Assembly: GCA_964016885.1 (NCBI GenBank)
Contig: OZ024749.1
Coordinates: forward strand, 38,688,001-38,752,000
Direction: 5' to 3'
Source: Eledone cirrhosa
Lineage: Eukaryota
Length of the DNA: 64,000 bases
Part shown: in pieces, positions 16,044 to 30,959 of the stretch
How the letters are laid out: each line of letters opens with the position of its first letter
How positions within the stretch are numbered: position 1 is the stretch's first letter
The notes under the pieces: generated by a model
The model's input: the letters and a program-made list of their open reading frames with translations, nothing else
What the model was told of the DNA's origin: nothing
The model's database searches: none
Translations under genes and position numbers: made by a program

Positions 16044-16620
16044 ATCTCTTTATCTATCTATCTATCCATCTATATACCTGGCCCGAGTGGTTGGGCTTTC
16101 TCTCTATATAAGCCTGTAGGTTGAGGAAAAAGAGAAAGAGAGGAGGGGAGTACTCACTCTTGGTGCTCCTGGAGATGAGGGTTGTACATTTTTTCGGGGT
16201 GTGTACAACCCCTGTGTAACGCCTCCCCCTTATTGGGGATTTCAATTGTTATTTGTTATTTTATTAATAGTTTTATTTTCATATACCTGTATGTAAACTC
16301 CCCATTTGTATTTGTCCCTTTCTTTTGTGCCCTTGTGGCTAATAAAGGAATTTATCTATCTATCTCTGTGGTGTGTGTATCCGTGTATGTGTTTGTGCGT
16401 GCGTGTATATATGTTTGTGGGTACTGGTTTTGCTTTTGTATGTATTTTTGTTAGTTGTTTTTTTTTTTCAATATAGATGAAACCGGTGTCTTGTTTGATG
16501 CCAAGAAGGATAAAAACTTGTATCTAGAGTTCGTTATCACAACCCCCCCCTCCCATACACACATACTCACACACACACACTCTCTCTCACACACACTCAC
16601 ACACACTCTCTCTCACACAC

Positions 16621-16663
<43 letters not shown>

Positions 16664-16960
16664 GACACACGATGTCATCTCCCAACACCAAACCCATCTC
16701 CCTCCCACAAAGTCATTTCCCCACCACAAACCTATCTCCCCACCACGAGGTCATCTCCTCACCACACACGCGAGGCCATCTTCACAGATGACAGTTAATC
16801 ACATAACGTTTAATACATTTAATGTGTTTATCTGATGTTTCTCTCTCGAGAGAGAGAGAGGGAGGGAGAGAGAGGGGGAGGGGCGGGGGAGCGAAGTGAT
16901 TAGTGGTTCACTTTATCTGGGAAATTAATAATGTATAATGTAGTCCACCATCTCTCTCCT

Positions 16961-17004
<44 letters not shown>

Positions 17005-17095
17005 TCTCTCTCTCTCTCAAAGTGATTAGTGGTTCACTTATCTGGGAAATTAATAATGTATCAAGTAGTCACCCCCACCTCTCTCTATCTCACTT

Positions 17096-17146
<51 letters not shown>

Positions 17147-17744
17147 ATCTCCCTCCCTCTCTCGCTGTTTCTCTCTCTATCTCTCCCTCTCTCTCTATCT
17201 TTTCCTCTCTCTCCCTCTCCTTCTCTCTCTATCTCACTCTATCTCTCTCTCTCTCAGTCAGTCTTTTTTCGTGTTGTTTATTCCATGTTGTTTACTTTAT
17301 AGTAATTCACATGGCTAATGATAAAAGACTTTCCAGTTCTGGCCATCTCAGCTTTCTTTTTCAGTGTATCTAAAAATATTTGATATGTCTTTTCATTTTC
17401 TTTTTTTTTTTTTCAAAGCAGTAGTGTGTGATTTGAAGGAGATTTGGGTGCTATTTCTAGCAGGTTGAAAGGCCGCGGATAGCGTTTCTTCCTTGGCAGA
17501 ATCAAGTTGAGAGGGATTGAGAGAGTCAAAATTTTACGAACACATCCAAGCAAATATTTTTTAGTCCTCCCTACTCTAGATATTTTCTGCGTTTGGTGAA
17601 ACGTACGTAACGCTAATAAAATGGTATAAAGTATCCCGAAACTCTTGATTGTAACATCATTCATTATTCATACTCAGTGATTTTACATTTGTACAATTTT
17701 TGGATGTTGTACACGATAAACAACTCTATAGATAATATATGATT

Positions 17745-17883
17745 ACGAGCTGAAGATCCGCTAAGGTGAAACAATTGTTCTCGGTATGGTGAACTAACTG
17801 TTGTGTTACCACTTCTACCTGACTCATCCCATGGACTGAGTGCTCTACCACTACGGATATTACCTTCCAGTGTTCTACCACTA
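17745..17883 (+). mobile_element. Solo pLTR + tail fragment of the 14.4-15.9 kb PLE family
   Basis: Near-identical to 15809-15946, ending in a TA-rich run. Confidence 0.85.
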
Positions 17884-17926
17884 TATTATATATAAAAAAA
17901 AAAATATATATATATATATATATATT

Positions 17927-18103
17927 GTAATTGTTTCTACTTTAGACACAAGGCCAGCAATTACCCAGTGCATTACTGGTACTTTATTTGATCGACCCCG
18001 TAAGGATGAAAGCAAAGTCAACCTCGGCGGGATTTGAACTCAGATCGTAAAGGGACGTAACTATGCTGGAAAGCATGGCGTCCGACCCTCTACCGATACT
18101 GCC
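17927..18103 (-). mobile_element. SINE-A
   Basis: Near-identical to the 2.3-3.0 kb copies. Other isolated copies lie at 5158-5266, 13305-13525, 20757-20938 and 62596-62697. Confidence 0.85.
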
Positions 18104-18494
18104 AAAAGAAATTTGAAGACTAAAATCCAAAGAGGGCTCCATAAGGATAAATATATATCAAATATATAAGAACCGTAGAGCAAATATTAATTAAAATAAC
18201 AGATTAAAGTTTAAGCAAAGAATCGCTGCTTTCACCCATAACGGGATCTTCTGAAACTAAAAAAAATCAATCTGTGAATGCAGAAGTAAATATTTCGTAT
18301 GTATATATATATATATGTATATATATATATGTATATATATATATGAATATATTTATGTATATATATATATGTGTATATATATATATGTATATTGTACTGC
18401 CTCTCTGTTTTGTCCCTGTTCAAATTTTTCCATTATATATATATATATATATGTATGTATATATATACATGTATATATATATATGTATATATAT

Positions 18495-18916
18495 GCAAAA
18501 GTTCTATTTAAATTGTTGGGATACAACAAGCAAATATTATTATAACTGATATAAAGCACTCAACAAGAATTTGGAGTAAACATACGATATTAACAAATGG
18601 AAACTATATTTATAAAACCATATTTATTTCATTATACATATTTCAAGGACACCAAGTTAAATTATGGTGTGCTTTCATCAGACAAAATATAATATAGATC
18701 AGTTTTATAAATAAATATTGACATACCCTTAAAAAATTCGGGAGCTTCCAACAGTAATGGTTGCATTTTTTAAGGGTATGTCAATATTTATTTATAAAAC
18801 TGATCTATATTATATTTTGTCTGATGAAAGCACACCATAATTTAACTTGGTGTCCTTGAAATATGTATAATGAAATAAATATGGTTTTATAAATATAGTT
18901 TCCATTTGTTAATATC

Positions 18917-18918
<2 letters not shown>
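18495..18918. mobile_element. Fold-back PLE-derived element with hammerhead motif
   Basis: Arms about 18583-18735 and 18765-18918; tail 18495-18582 on the left. ATTTTGT-CTGATGA-aagcacacca...tggtgtcctt-GAAA-TATGTA-TA-ATGAAAT at 18814-18876. Confidence 0.78.
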
Positions 18919-19007
<89 letters not shown>

Positions 19008-19103
19008 TATGTATATATATATATGTATATATATGTGTATATATATATATGTATATATATATTATGTATATATATATTATGTATATATATATATATATTA
19101 TGT

Positions 19104-19702
19104 CAGGTCACCAGTTGGTGCTACTGGTAACATGTATCCCAGTACAACTTGTCTCATGGTCGGGTCGTTGGGGACTAAACTGGCAACCCCACCAAGGTTT
19201 CTTGGTGAGGAGGGTAACTTTGGACATCCTGCAGGACTAAAAACAAAACCTGTCAAAGAGCAAAGGAGCGCTTAAGAGTCAATGGCCATCCAAAATCACC
19301 GGGAGAGATGACCCCTTAGCCTTTGTCAAGGCAGAATTCTAGAAGGAAAACTCTAATATAACACCTGCAACCCTGATGGTATCCAATAATGTTGACTTGT
19401 TCTTCTTTTTGGGAAATATCATCTTAAGAGAGTGGGACTGGCTTTGTGCAGTGCCTTTGCTCACTATAAAAGCTTCACGGCACAGGCATTGCTTTATATC
19501 TGGAGATCTCTCTGCACTTGTCGTCACATGGTACCATGGGCCCAGCACTATGTGTCAGTAAATGTCACAAGTGTAGTGTTTGTACCAGAGTTTGCAAGTC
19601 GCTGGCTGGACTAAAAAGTCACACTCGTTTAGCGCATCGGTAGGGGTTCTCCTACATGGATATAAAGTAGTGGCCGTACTCGAAAACGAGTTGGCAGTCA
19701 CC
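19104..19702 (+). mobile_element. Probable internally deleted RTE-type element
   Basis: C2H2 finger [22 protein letters not shown] followed by R and a stop at 19572-19643, then a short 3' UTR with a CTCGAAAACGAG hairpin; upstream part resembles RTE 5' UTRs; (TA)n flanks. Confidence 0.5.
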
Positions 19703-19775
19703 ATATATATATATATATATGTATATATATTTATATATATATATATATGTATATATATTTATATATATAAATGTC

Positions 19776-19827
<52 letters not shown>

Positions 19828-19833
19828 CATATA

Positions 19834-20340
<507 letters not shown>

Positions 20341-20473
20341 TATATACATATATATATATATATAGGAACAAGTAAGGGGTCTTACTTGCTCCTATTACCC
20401 ACTCTACTACCCTAAGTATTGAGTACTTTGGTGCGTTATGGTCCACCTGGTTCCTTACCACATTTCCTTCGTT

Positions 20474-20612
<139 letters not shown>

Positions 20613-20621
20613 ACATATATG

Positions 20622-20738
<117 letters not shown>

Positions 20739-21404
20739 AGGTTATATTATATCATATTGGCAGTATTAGTAGAGGGTCGGGCGCCATGCTTTGAAGCATG
20801 GAGTTACCTCCCTTTATGATCTGAGTTCAAATCCCGCCGAGGTTAACTTTGCCTTTCATCCTTACAGGGTCGATAAAATAAAGTACCAGTAATGCACTGG
20901 GATAATTGCTGGCCTTGTGCCAAAAGTAGAAACAGTTATATCATATATGTATCTCAGTTGACTGGTACTTGAGTTTCAACGGTCCAATGACTAATTCATG
21001 CAGCAAATAGTTTAGTTTATTTCAGGGAATATATAGGGAATAAGATGTATGGGTTTTGCGGGATGAGGTTAGATGTGGGTTGTTTTATAATGGAGTAGTA
21101 AATTTTGGTTTGCGATATATTGCACCGATTCTGTGAGTTCTGAGTTCAAATCGTACCTACTCCGTCCGTCTGGAGCTCTGACCATCAGATTGTATCAGCA
21201 ATGGAGTTAACAATAAGAAAATCTTTTCCTTGATTTCATCATACCATCAGCTCCTTTCCTTTTCCAGTGGCAAGCTAGTTTTATTTTTGCATTACGACAA
21301 GTGTTTGCTAACCATGAGTTCAGCCGTTTTCTTTATAACTCAGGTCTGAGACTGGTTCGCATCTTCTTCACTTACATGACAATAACCAGACGAGAGACAA
21401 CGAG

Positions 21405-21481
<77 letters not shown>

Positions 21482-22014
21482 TGGGGCGGTGGAAAGAGAA
21501 ATAGACAATGAAAATACTGATCAGAAACATTGATAAACTAAGGAGAAACAGCAAATTACATTATAGTTGCCTATTATATATCATAACTATTACCATCGTT
21601 GTTATCGTCGTCGTTGTTGTTGTTGTTGTTGTTGTTGTTGTGTTGTTGTTGTTTTTGTTGTTGTTGTTGTTGTTGTTGTTGTATCTCATATTTCATCGCT
21701 GAAGATCGCCAATGTTAAGAAGCCTCTGGTATCACTGTTCTCATCGGTGACTCTATTTCCTGAAATATCTTCTCACACCAAATTGTTCTCTAGTATTCTT
21801 CTGTAAACAAGGAAAGATAACCGCGAAATAAATAAACAGGAGGAGATGGAGAGCAAGGGTAAGGGGAATGCAGAAGAGTATGAAGAGAGTGGAGAGAGAG
21901 AGAGAGGGACAGAAAGGAGAGGAAGAGAGGAAGGAAGGTTTCCTCAAACCGGAAACCTGGTCTGAATGGCAACGCATTAAACTCCACTAAAATCAGCCAA
22001 GGACAAGGCAGTGA

Positions 22015-22800
22015 TGTTAAACTGCGTGAGAGATTACGTCTACCACCTAAGGACCAGGTGGTGGTCTTAAACTGGGTAACAGATTAAGTCTACCATCCAA
22101 GGGCTAGGTTAAACTAAGTGAGAGATTACGTCTACCACCTAAGGACCAGGTGGTGGTCTTAAACTGGGTAACAGATTAAGTCTACCATCCAAGGGCTAGG
22201 TTAAACTAAGTGAGAGATTACGTCTACCACCTAAGGACCAGGTGGCAGTCTTAAACTGGGTAACAGATTAAGTCTACCATCCAAGGGCTAGGTTAAACTA
22301 GGTGATAGAATATGTTTACCACCTAAGGACCAGATGGTGGTCTTAAACTGGGTAACAGATTAAGTCTACCATCCAAGGGCTAGGTTAAACTAGGTGAGAG
22401 ATTACGTCTACCACCTAAGGACCAGGTGGTGGTCTTAAACTGGGTAACAGATTAAGTCTACCATCCAAGGGCTAGGTTAAACTAGGTGATAGAATATGTT
22501 TACCACCTAAGGACCAGATGGTGGTCTTGAACTGGGTAACATATTAAGTCTACCATCCAAGGGCTCGGTTAAACTAGGTGATAGAATATGTTTACCACCT
22601 AAGGACCAGATGGTGGTCTTGAACTGGGTAACAGATTAAGTCTACCACCCAAGGGTCAGGTAGTGGTGTTAAACTAGGTGACAGAATATGTATACTATCC
22701 AAGGGCCAGCTGATGGTGTTAAACTGGGTAACAGATTAAGAATATCTCCCAAAGACCAGGCAGTAGTATTAAACTGGGTAACATATTAAGCTTACCACCC
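22015..22800. repeat. 92 bp higher-order tandem repeat (50+42 bp subunits)
   Basis: AAACTGGGTAAC at 22069, 22161, 22253 and onward, alternating with AAACTA(A/G)GTG units. Confidence 0.92.
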
Positions 22801-23237
22801 ATTATTGGCGCTACTGGATATTGGAATATGCCAATTCGCTAGGACCAAAGTGTAACTTAAAAACGCAGAGCTTATAAACCCCAAATGGCCACAATATCGC
22901 GAACCTTCAAAATATATAAAACATTATTAAGAATTATAAGATGAGCGATTCCACAAAGGAAACCGAAAAAAGACAATTTTCTTAACAGCCTTGCCACCGG
23001 GAAGGAGGCCGCTCAAATTATACTCAAAATGAAGAAAAGGAGACACATACATACACACACAAATACATACATACATACAGAGAGAGATGGAAAGGGGGGA
23101 AGAAAGAACAGCCAGCTGTGTGACCAAATAAATTCAAAGGACAAAGTGTGACTATAGCCATTGTGACAAAATATGTGACACTGATTTTTTTCTCATGTAT
23201 ATATATATTTGTGTAGGTGTGTGTGTAGGTGTGTGTG

Positions 23238-23302
<65 letters not shown>

Positions 23303-23325
23303 ATATATATATGTATATATTTATG

Positions 23326-24285
23326 TATCTATCTATCTAAGGCGGGTAAAATTCCGGAGATCCATGGACGAGTTCTCTCCAGCGGTCTCTGTCCCTCATT
23401 ATCGCTGCCATGTCCTGCGTCTCCAACAGACCAGTGTCTGTCCTTAGGGCATCAACATACGTTAACTTTGGTCTTCCTCTTCTAGTGTGTCCATGTAGGG
23501 GCTCCCAAAGGAGCACTGAGTGCAATGTCAACTCTGGATGTCGGTGAGCATGTCCAGCTAACCTCAGTCTCCTCTGTGTCACTTTTGAGCTGACTTTTGG
23601 GATGCTCCCATACAGGCCTTTGATTCTGTGGACCGTTACTGCCTGATGAAGATCTTACAGGCTTATGGAATCCCCAAGAGGATAGTGGACCTGATATCAC
23701 TGCTCTACACCAACACCAAAGCCCAAGTCATTACACCTGATGGGATGACAGAGTTCTTTGAGATACTGGCTGGAGTGCTCCAGGGAGATACATTGGCTCC
23801 CTACCTTTTTATCATCGTAGTGGACTATTGCATGCGCCTTGCACTGGAGAAACACCAGGACTCTGGCTTTACTGTAGCACCGGCTCAGAGCAGGAGAGTT
23901 AGGGCGAAAAAGGTATCGGATGCTGAATTTGCCGACGACATAGTTTTGGTGACAAATACAGTGAAGGAGGCAGAGGATTTGATGCGGGAGGTTGAGACTG
24001 TGTCGATGAGTGTGGGGCTGAGAATGAATGAGACTAAAACAAAATATCTGGTAGAGAATGTTGAGAAGCCAGAGGGGATCACTAATGTAGGCGGGAAGCC
24101 GCTAGAATTGGTTGAGGGCTTCCTGTATTTGGGAGCAAAGATTGGGAATACGGAGGATGATGTGGTTGAGAGGAAGAGCAAGGCCTGGGCGGCGTGCCAC
24201 AGCTTGAGATCGGTGTGGAAGTCGGACCTTCGTAGAGACCTGAAAATCCGCCTCTTCATTGCTGTAGTGGAGTCTGTGCTGCTGT
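23326..24285 (-). mobile_element. RTE-like LINE insertion with 5' inversion
   Basis: Minus 23337-23619 is the ORF 3' end (QRRLRLAGH..RH...GRP...DRDRWR) with stop and (TAGA)n tail. Plus 23614-24285 is the RT core ([27 protein letters not shown]). Confidence 0.88.
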
Positions 24286-24300
24286 ATTTCTGTATATATG

Positions 24301-24427
<127 letters not shown>

Positions 24428-24509
24428 TATATATGTATATACATGTATATGTATATATATATATAGACACACATTATATATGTGTGTGTGTATATATATA
24501 TATATATAC

Positions 24510-24590
<81 letters not shown>

Positions 24591-24789
24591 ATTAAAGATA
24601 TATTTTATGTATGTATATATCTTATATATATGTATATACGTTGTTCCTTCTACCTGGAGTTACGACCGATAGATAGTATTAGCAATTGGAAAGACCAAGG
24701 GAAACATTGTTTCCTCGGTCCGATTTGACGAAAGTCGATCGACAATTTTTTTTATATATATGTATATATATTATATATATGTATACATA

Positions 24790-24912
<123 letters not shown>

Positions 24913-25061
24913 AGATCAAAAGATGGTTAAAGGATGGTTAAAGGAGTTCCATCTTTTGATCTTATATTATATTATGTATACTCCAGTCCTACAAACTGTA
25001 GAGTGCTTCTTATCCGATATCTGCATTGCTTTATTGTACTACAATAAAACTCACCTCCTAC

Positions 25062-25196
<135 letters not shown>

Positions 25197-26296
25197 ACAT
25201 ATGTGTATATATATGTATGTATATATATATATATATATATTTACATGTGTGTGTGTGTGTGTATGTATGTATATGTATGATGTATTGTATAGTCACTCGT
25301 GATTTTTATTATAATAAACGCAATACTTGTAAATTTGGTTTTTGAGCTTTTAGTCTTCCATACTTTACTAAGACCTTACCCCCCGATAACGTGTCTCCTC
25401 CCTTTTGGTGTTTAGATTAACCTGTCATGTGTGTTTGTTACTTGAATAATTTACACTTATAATCGACAACCCCTCCCTCGGCCTTGGCATGGTCCCACCC
25501 AACCCTGCACTGTTTATCAGACAGGCAGACAGACAGACATTTGTAAAAAAAAAAATAATAACAATAATATTAATAAATAAAGTTGTACGTTGAATAAATA
25601 TGAATAGACCGTCTGCTATCATCCATTACATTCTATAATTTAGTTTGACGTCCAACACAGAGAATTGTAGCAGCAGCCAAGTCACTCTTTCTCTGCTTCC
25701 TATTGTAACAACTGTTTCTTCAACAACCATAGAACCACAGAATCATAGAATCACAGAGAGTTAAAGCAGTAACGTTTCTAAATCTAAACTTAGCTGTTGT
25801 TCTCACCAACACCAACACCACCACCACCACCACCACCACTAACATTTACTATTCATCTTTTTATTTAGTTGTTTGTCACTCCTTCTTTAAACGAGTGCCT
25901 GACAGTATTTACAAAGAAACTGATACATCTATACTGATACATTTACACTGCATTACATTACACACAAGACGGGCTTCGTTCAGCATTTGGATGTTTTCTG
26001 TTCCTCACTTAGCGATTCTATCAGATACTTTTAATTCAGCAAATCCTTTACATCTAGTCTTAAATATATTAACTTCCAGTTTGTTTCAAACATTAGCGAT
26101 TCTATCAAATGCTTCTAAATCATCGAAGACTTTACAATACAGAACACCTAACGACAATCTAATCTAAAATATATTGTAGCTTCTATTGTATAATATAAAT
26201 ATATTTATTTAAATATATTTACATACAAACATATATACATTGTACGTTTGGGCTATTGACTTTACTTTCATCAATAATCGATCATTATCAATCAAC

Positions 26297-26439
26297 ATGA
26301 AGTTAGACGATTTGCTTGTGACCATTGGCGAATTTGGCCCCTATCAGAAGAAGGTGAATTTTCTGGTGTGTGTACCTACTGCATCTGCGGCAATCCAGGT
26401 GATAATTGCTGTCTTCATATTGGCTATTCCAAATCACAG
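26297..26439 (+). CDS. SLC22/Orct-like organic cation transporter, coding exon 1
   Basis: ATG at 26297 gives MKLDDLLVTIGEFGPYQKK...FILAIPNH(R), the typical SLC22 N-terminus (DDLL..IGEFGxYQ). Donor GTAAGT at 26440, phase 2. Confidence 0.93.
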
Positions 26440-26672
26440 GTAAGTAATAGCTTCTTAGAATTGTACTTTTTTTTTCGTTTTGTTGTTATTGTTTTAGGGA
26501 TTTGTTTCGTTTTTATGGGGTGAATTGCTAAAAACTTTTAAAGCGTCGGCTGTAATGATTTGTGTAAGTCTGCCAGCTCTCTACGTTCCGAGGTCAACTC
26601 TGCATTTCATTCATTCACTGTCGGTAAATAAACTATCTGTTCAATACTGGAGCCGATTTTTCTTCTACATTT

Positions 26673-26709
<37 letters not shown>

Positions 26710-27447
26710 TCTCTTTCCCCTCCCTCTCTTCCTCTCTCTCTCATTTTTTCTTACTCTTTTTATCTCCCTTAGTCTGTCTCTCTTTGTTTAGACTTTGAGA
26801 GGGATGAATTATCTTCCATATTTTATGGATCATGTCACGCCGTATCAATGGCACCCCTGCGATTCCAACAGGAGTTAAAGGCCGTGGGATGAGTTTTTTT
26901 TTTTTGTTTTTTTTCTCGAAAAAAATTGAAATTAAACATTTTAATCTAAAATTGAAATAATAAGATTTTATTTCTCTCGTACAAAATATTGTTGAAATAT
27001 CTCGTATTTAGAAGTTTATTTTACTTTTTTGCTTTCCATAATATTGTCTCGTTTAAATCAGAAATTAGTACTTTTTAAGATCAGAAATCATTATATACCA
27101 ACTCAGCTGAAACTAACTTTAGTTTTAAAATACAAAACTATTTATTTTTAAGTGTTTTTATTTATCTAAGACGTTTCCATTATAATTGATAGAACTTTAT
27201 TAAGTTATATTCCTAACTACAGTTTATTAATAAAAATATTGGAGTCATATTACAATTCTTCCAAATTCTTGATTATTTTCAAAAGCATCGGCAGTGACTT
27301 TCATTGAAAATATGTTAACAAAAATATTAAAGGTTTATATTTGCATAAAAATATTCCATCATAATTCTATATAAGAACCTTTGTTAAGTTATGTTCTGAA
27401 AAACAACTTAATAATGAGAAAGTAATTTATATTATTAAATCACTCAA

Positions 27448-28395
27448 GGGCGGTGGATTGGCAGTATCGGTAGAGAGTCGGACGCCATGCTTTGTAGTAT
27501 AGAGTTACGGCCCTTTATGATCTGAGTTCAAATCCCGCCGAAATTAACTTTGTTTTTCATCCTTACATGGGTCGATAAAATAAAGTACTAGTCACTGGAG
27601 TTGATTTAATCGACTCCCCCCTCCTCTAAAATTGCTGGCCTTGTGCCTATATAAGAAACCATTATTAAATCACTCAAAATGCTTGATTACTTTCAACATT
27701 ATTTGAAGTATATAGCCAGTGTTGTTCATTAAAAATATGGTAATGAAGTGGTTAATTATTTAAGAGTCATATACACTGATTCTGTTCTTAATCAATTGTT
27801 AAATGCACAGGCAAAAACACAAGCATGTTATAAATAAATGGAAAGGAATGAAGTTATGTAGCATGCATGTTTCTATCAAGGTCTTTTTGTACAGGGGTCG
27901 ATTTAATCGACTTCCCCACGAACACCACCATCACCACCCCCAAATTTGTTGGTTTCTGAAATCAGAAACCATTATTATTATTAAATTGGATTGGCAGTAT
28001 CGGTAGAGGGTCGGACGCCATGCTTTCCAGCATAGTTACGTCCCTTTACGATCTGAGTTCAAATCCCGCCGAGGTTGACTTTGCCTTTCATCCTTACGGG
28101 GTCGATAAAATAAAGTACCAGTAATGCACTGGGTAATTGCTGGCCTTGTGCCTAAAGTAGAAACAATTATTATTATTAAATTCATAGGTAGGGCGGTGGA
28201 TTGGCAGTATCGGAAGAGGATCGGACACCATGCTTTGCAGCATAGAGTTACGACCCTTTAAGATCTGAGTTCAAATCCTGCCGAGGTTAACTTTGCCTTT
28301 CATCCTTACGCACTATCACGCACTGGGGTCGATTTAATCGACTTTCCCCTCCCCCAAAATTGGTGGCCTTGTGTCTATAGTAGGACCCATTATTA
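27448..28395 (+). mobile_element. SINE-A cluster (three full copies plus a fragment)
   Basis: 27448-27660 (TSD ATTATTAAATCACTCAA), 27986-28172, 28191-28388 (TSD ATTATTAAATTCATAGGTA). Confidence 0.85.
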
Positions 28396-28556
28396 AATTC
28401 ATAGGTAAACAAATAAACAGCCTTAATTTGTCCCTCAGTTTCATGCCAGCCCTTGGGTGCCTTTAGCTTGGACAGAAGACTTCATTCGTTTAATACCAGC
28501 ACATGTTTAATACCAGCACATGTTTAATACCAGCACATGTGTATGTATATATTTGC

Positions 28557-28630
<74 letters not shown>

Positions 28631-28814
28631 GGGGGGGGGGGTAAGTATGTGGAACAATGAGTTATTTACTAAACAACCTTCCATATTCAACGAGTTTTGT
28701 GTTACCTGATATACTGGAAATGGGGATTTATGTGGTGAGGGCATGCCAGGGTTGGTTGGGCTGCGATGGAAACAGTGGGTAAATGATATAAATATGAATG
28801 CCAGTAGATAACCC

Positions 28815-29067
28815 AAGGAATACTTTAAAATGTATATATTTGTACGGTAGAATTTTATTAAAAATACACACGGCCCTAAACATGAATGTTTTAATACGTG
28901 TATATTTGTATGGTAGACTTTTATTAACAATACATATGGCCCAAAACAGGAATACTTTAAAATGTATATATTTTCATGGTAGAATGTTATTAAGAATACA
29001 CACTCGTACAGCCCTAAACAGGAAATCTTTAAAATGTATATATTTTCATGTTTTTTGTGTGGTAGAA
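28815..29067. repeat. Imperfect 66-70 bp tandem repeat, about 4 copies
   Basis: Recurrent TTTAAAATGTATATATTT...GGTAGAAT. Confidence 0.75.
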
Positions 29068-29329
29068 TGATAGGCAATCTGAGTTTGGTTAGGTTTGGCA
29101 TGGAAAGTGATAAGTGTTTGGATTAACCCAACATAATCGGAAACTAAGGAATGGCTTTATTTATAACAACAGCGTGTGTCTCGTTGAGATGTTTGTGGTA
29201 TATCAAATTACAGCTGCTTTTTATAGCAATACACAAACACACAAAAAGAAATGTTTTATGCTTTTTTATAAAATAACAAAGTATCTATGACCTTGTCGCA
29301 GGATAACCGCAACAAAAATATTAATAATA

Positions 29330-29641
29330 ATAATGATCTCTACAGCAAGCACAAGGTCAGTAAATTTGGGCGGGCAGGGGGGGGGGATAGTCGACTAAAT
29401 CGACCCCAGTGTATGACTGCTACTTTATTTTATTGACCCCCGTAAAGATGAAAGGCAAAGCTAACCATGGCAGGATTTGAACTCAGAACGTAAAGGGCCG
29501 TAACAATATGCTACAAAGCATGCCAATCTTCTCTACTTTTGATACAAGGACAGCAATTTGAAGGAAAGGGTAAAGTCAATTAACTCGATCCCAGTGTGTT
29601 ACTAATACTTTATTTATCGACCCCGTAAGGATGAAAGGCAA
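29330..29641 (-). mobile_element. Two diverged SINE-A copies
   Basis: ATCGACCCCGTAAGGATGAAAGGCAAA body on the plus strand, twice. Confidence 0.7.
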
Positions 29642-29708
29642 ATGTTACAATAGTACACTACGGTAATGAGATATTGGACAACACAAACACCCACAAAATT
29701 ATATATAA

Positions 29709-30187
29709 CTAGCAGAAAGCCCACCCTTCGGGTGGTTTTGTACTAGCATGTGTAGTATGTATATTGATATTATACGCAAGTATATATGCATGTAGATATG
29801 ATCAAATAAAATCGTAATTGACAATATAAACAGAAATTGAACGAAGACTGTGTTACACTGTCTTATGTAATCAGTAACGTAATCCATGATACATTAAAAA
29901 AAGACGATATTATATATAAACTGCATTTGGAGAAAATTAGTGACAGAAATATATGAATATTTATTTAAACGATCGCTAACCGGAAGTGTTGACATTTGAA
30001 AATTTTAAAGAAGTGAATCTTTAAATAAGTAATAAAATATATTTAATGACCAGCCACGAAATTTAATAGATAAATTATGTAATATTCATTCATTATTTAT
30101 TCAAAGTAATCTAACTTATTTTACTAGGGGGATAACAAATTATAAACCGTACGCAGTCCCGCGCTTCTTACTTTATTATAGTTTAGA
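29709..30187 (-). mobile_element. Non-autonomous Helitron
   Basis: Minus strand begins A|TC and ends CCACCCGAAGGGTGG hairpin...CTAG|T, the canonical Helitron termini and A|T target. Confidence 0.75.
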
Positions 30188-30445
30188 TTCGCCACTTCAC
30201 GGGGAAGGTCTGTGTAACGTTTGTTTTGAACTATATGGCACCGATGTTTCAAATTTCGATTTTTTTAAATATATTTCCATTTTCCGGTCAAAAAATCTGA
30301 TGAGATTATTCTATAATTATCTCCCCCTTTCCGCCCTCTAGAAAAAGAGAATGGATGAAAATGAGGCGATTCATTTGTGTAAGAGAACACGAGAGAAGGC
30401 GAGAGAGGGTGAGAAACAGAGGCATAAAGAGAGAGAGACACACAT

Positions 30446-30481
<36 letters not shown>

Positions 30482-30959
30482 GTCATATAGTGAATGAGAA
30501 AGTTAAAGAAATCTCTGGTCTAGTCCCCCCCCCCCCCGCCATCCTCATTGTTTGTTGAGAACCGAGCGCCATAGACAAATATACCAATGTTCATTTATAT
30601 GATACTGTATGTCCATGATTCCCATCAGGAAAAAATGTGACGTCGGCGGGTCCCAAATCTTCATCCAATCATTACTCGGAAGCTGGCTACCGATCCACAG
30701 CTCATCCCCCTTCATTACAAGGATGAAGCCGTTGGCCACTTGAAAGGTTGTCACCAAGGTAACTAAGGAGTTCATATCTACCCCGATTTTGAAATCCCCC
30801 TAGAAAAACTGCCAACCAAGTCTAACGAGAAATGTAGATATATAGATATATAGAGAAAGAAGAGTGATGGTGATGATGATGATGGTATTTTGTTGACATT
30901 TTTATCAAACTCTCGTATGAAAGCTTTATGAGTTAAAATAACAATTGTTATGTGTGACT

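Noticed and set aside
26008-26136. Short duplication upstream of the start codon as a regulatory element
   Set aside because: TTAGCGATTCTATCA occurs twice, but no function or promoter can be supported from sequence alone.
27986-28070. tRNA gene calls at SINE heads
   Set aside because: A and B boxes are present, but they continue into the SINE body and tail with TSDs in many copies; no convincing cloverleaf.
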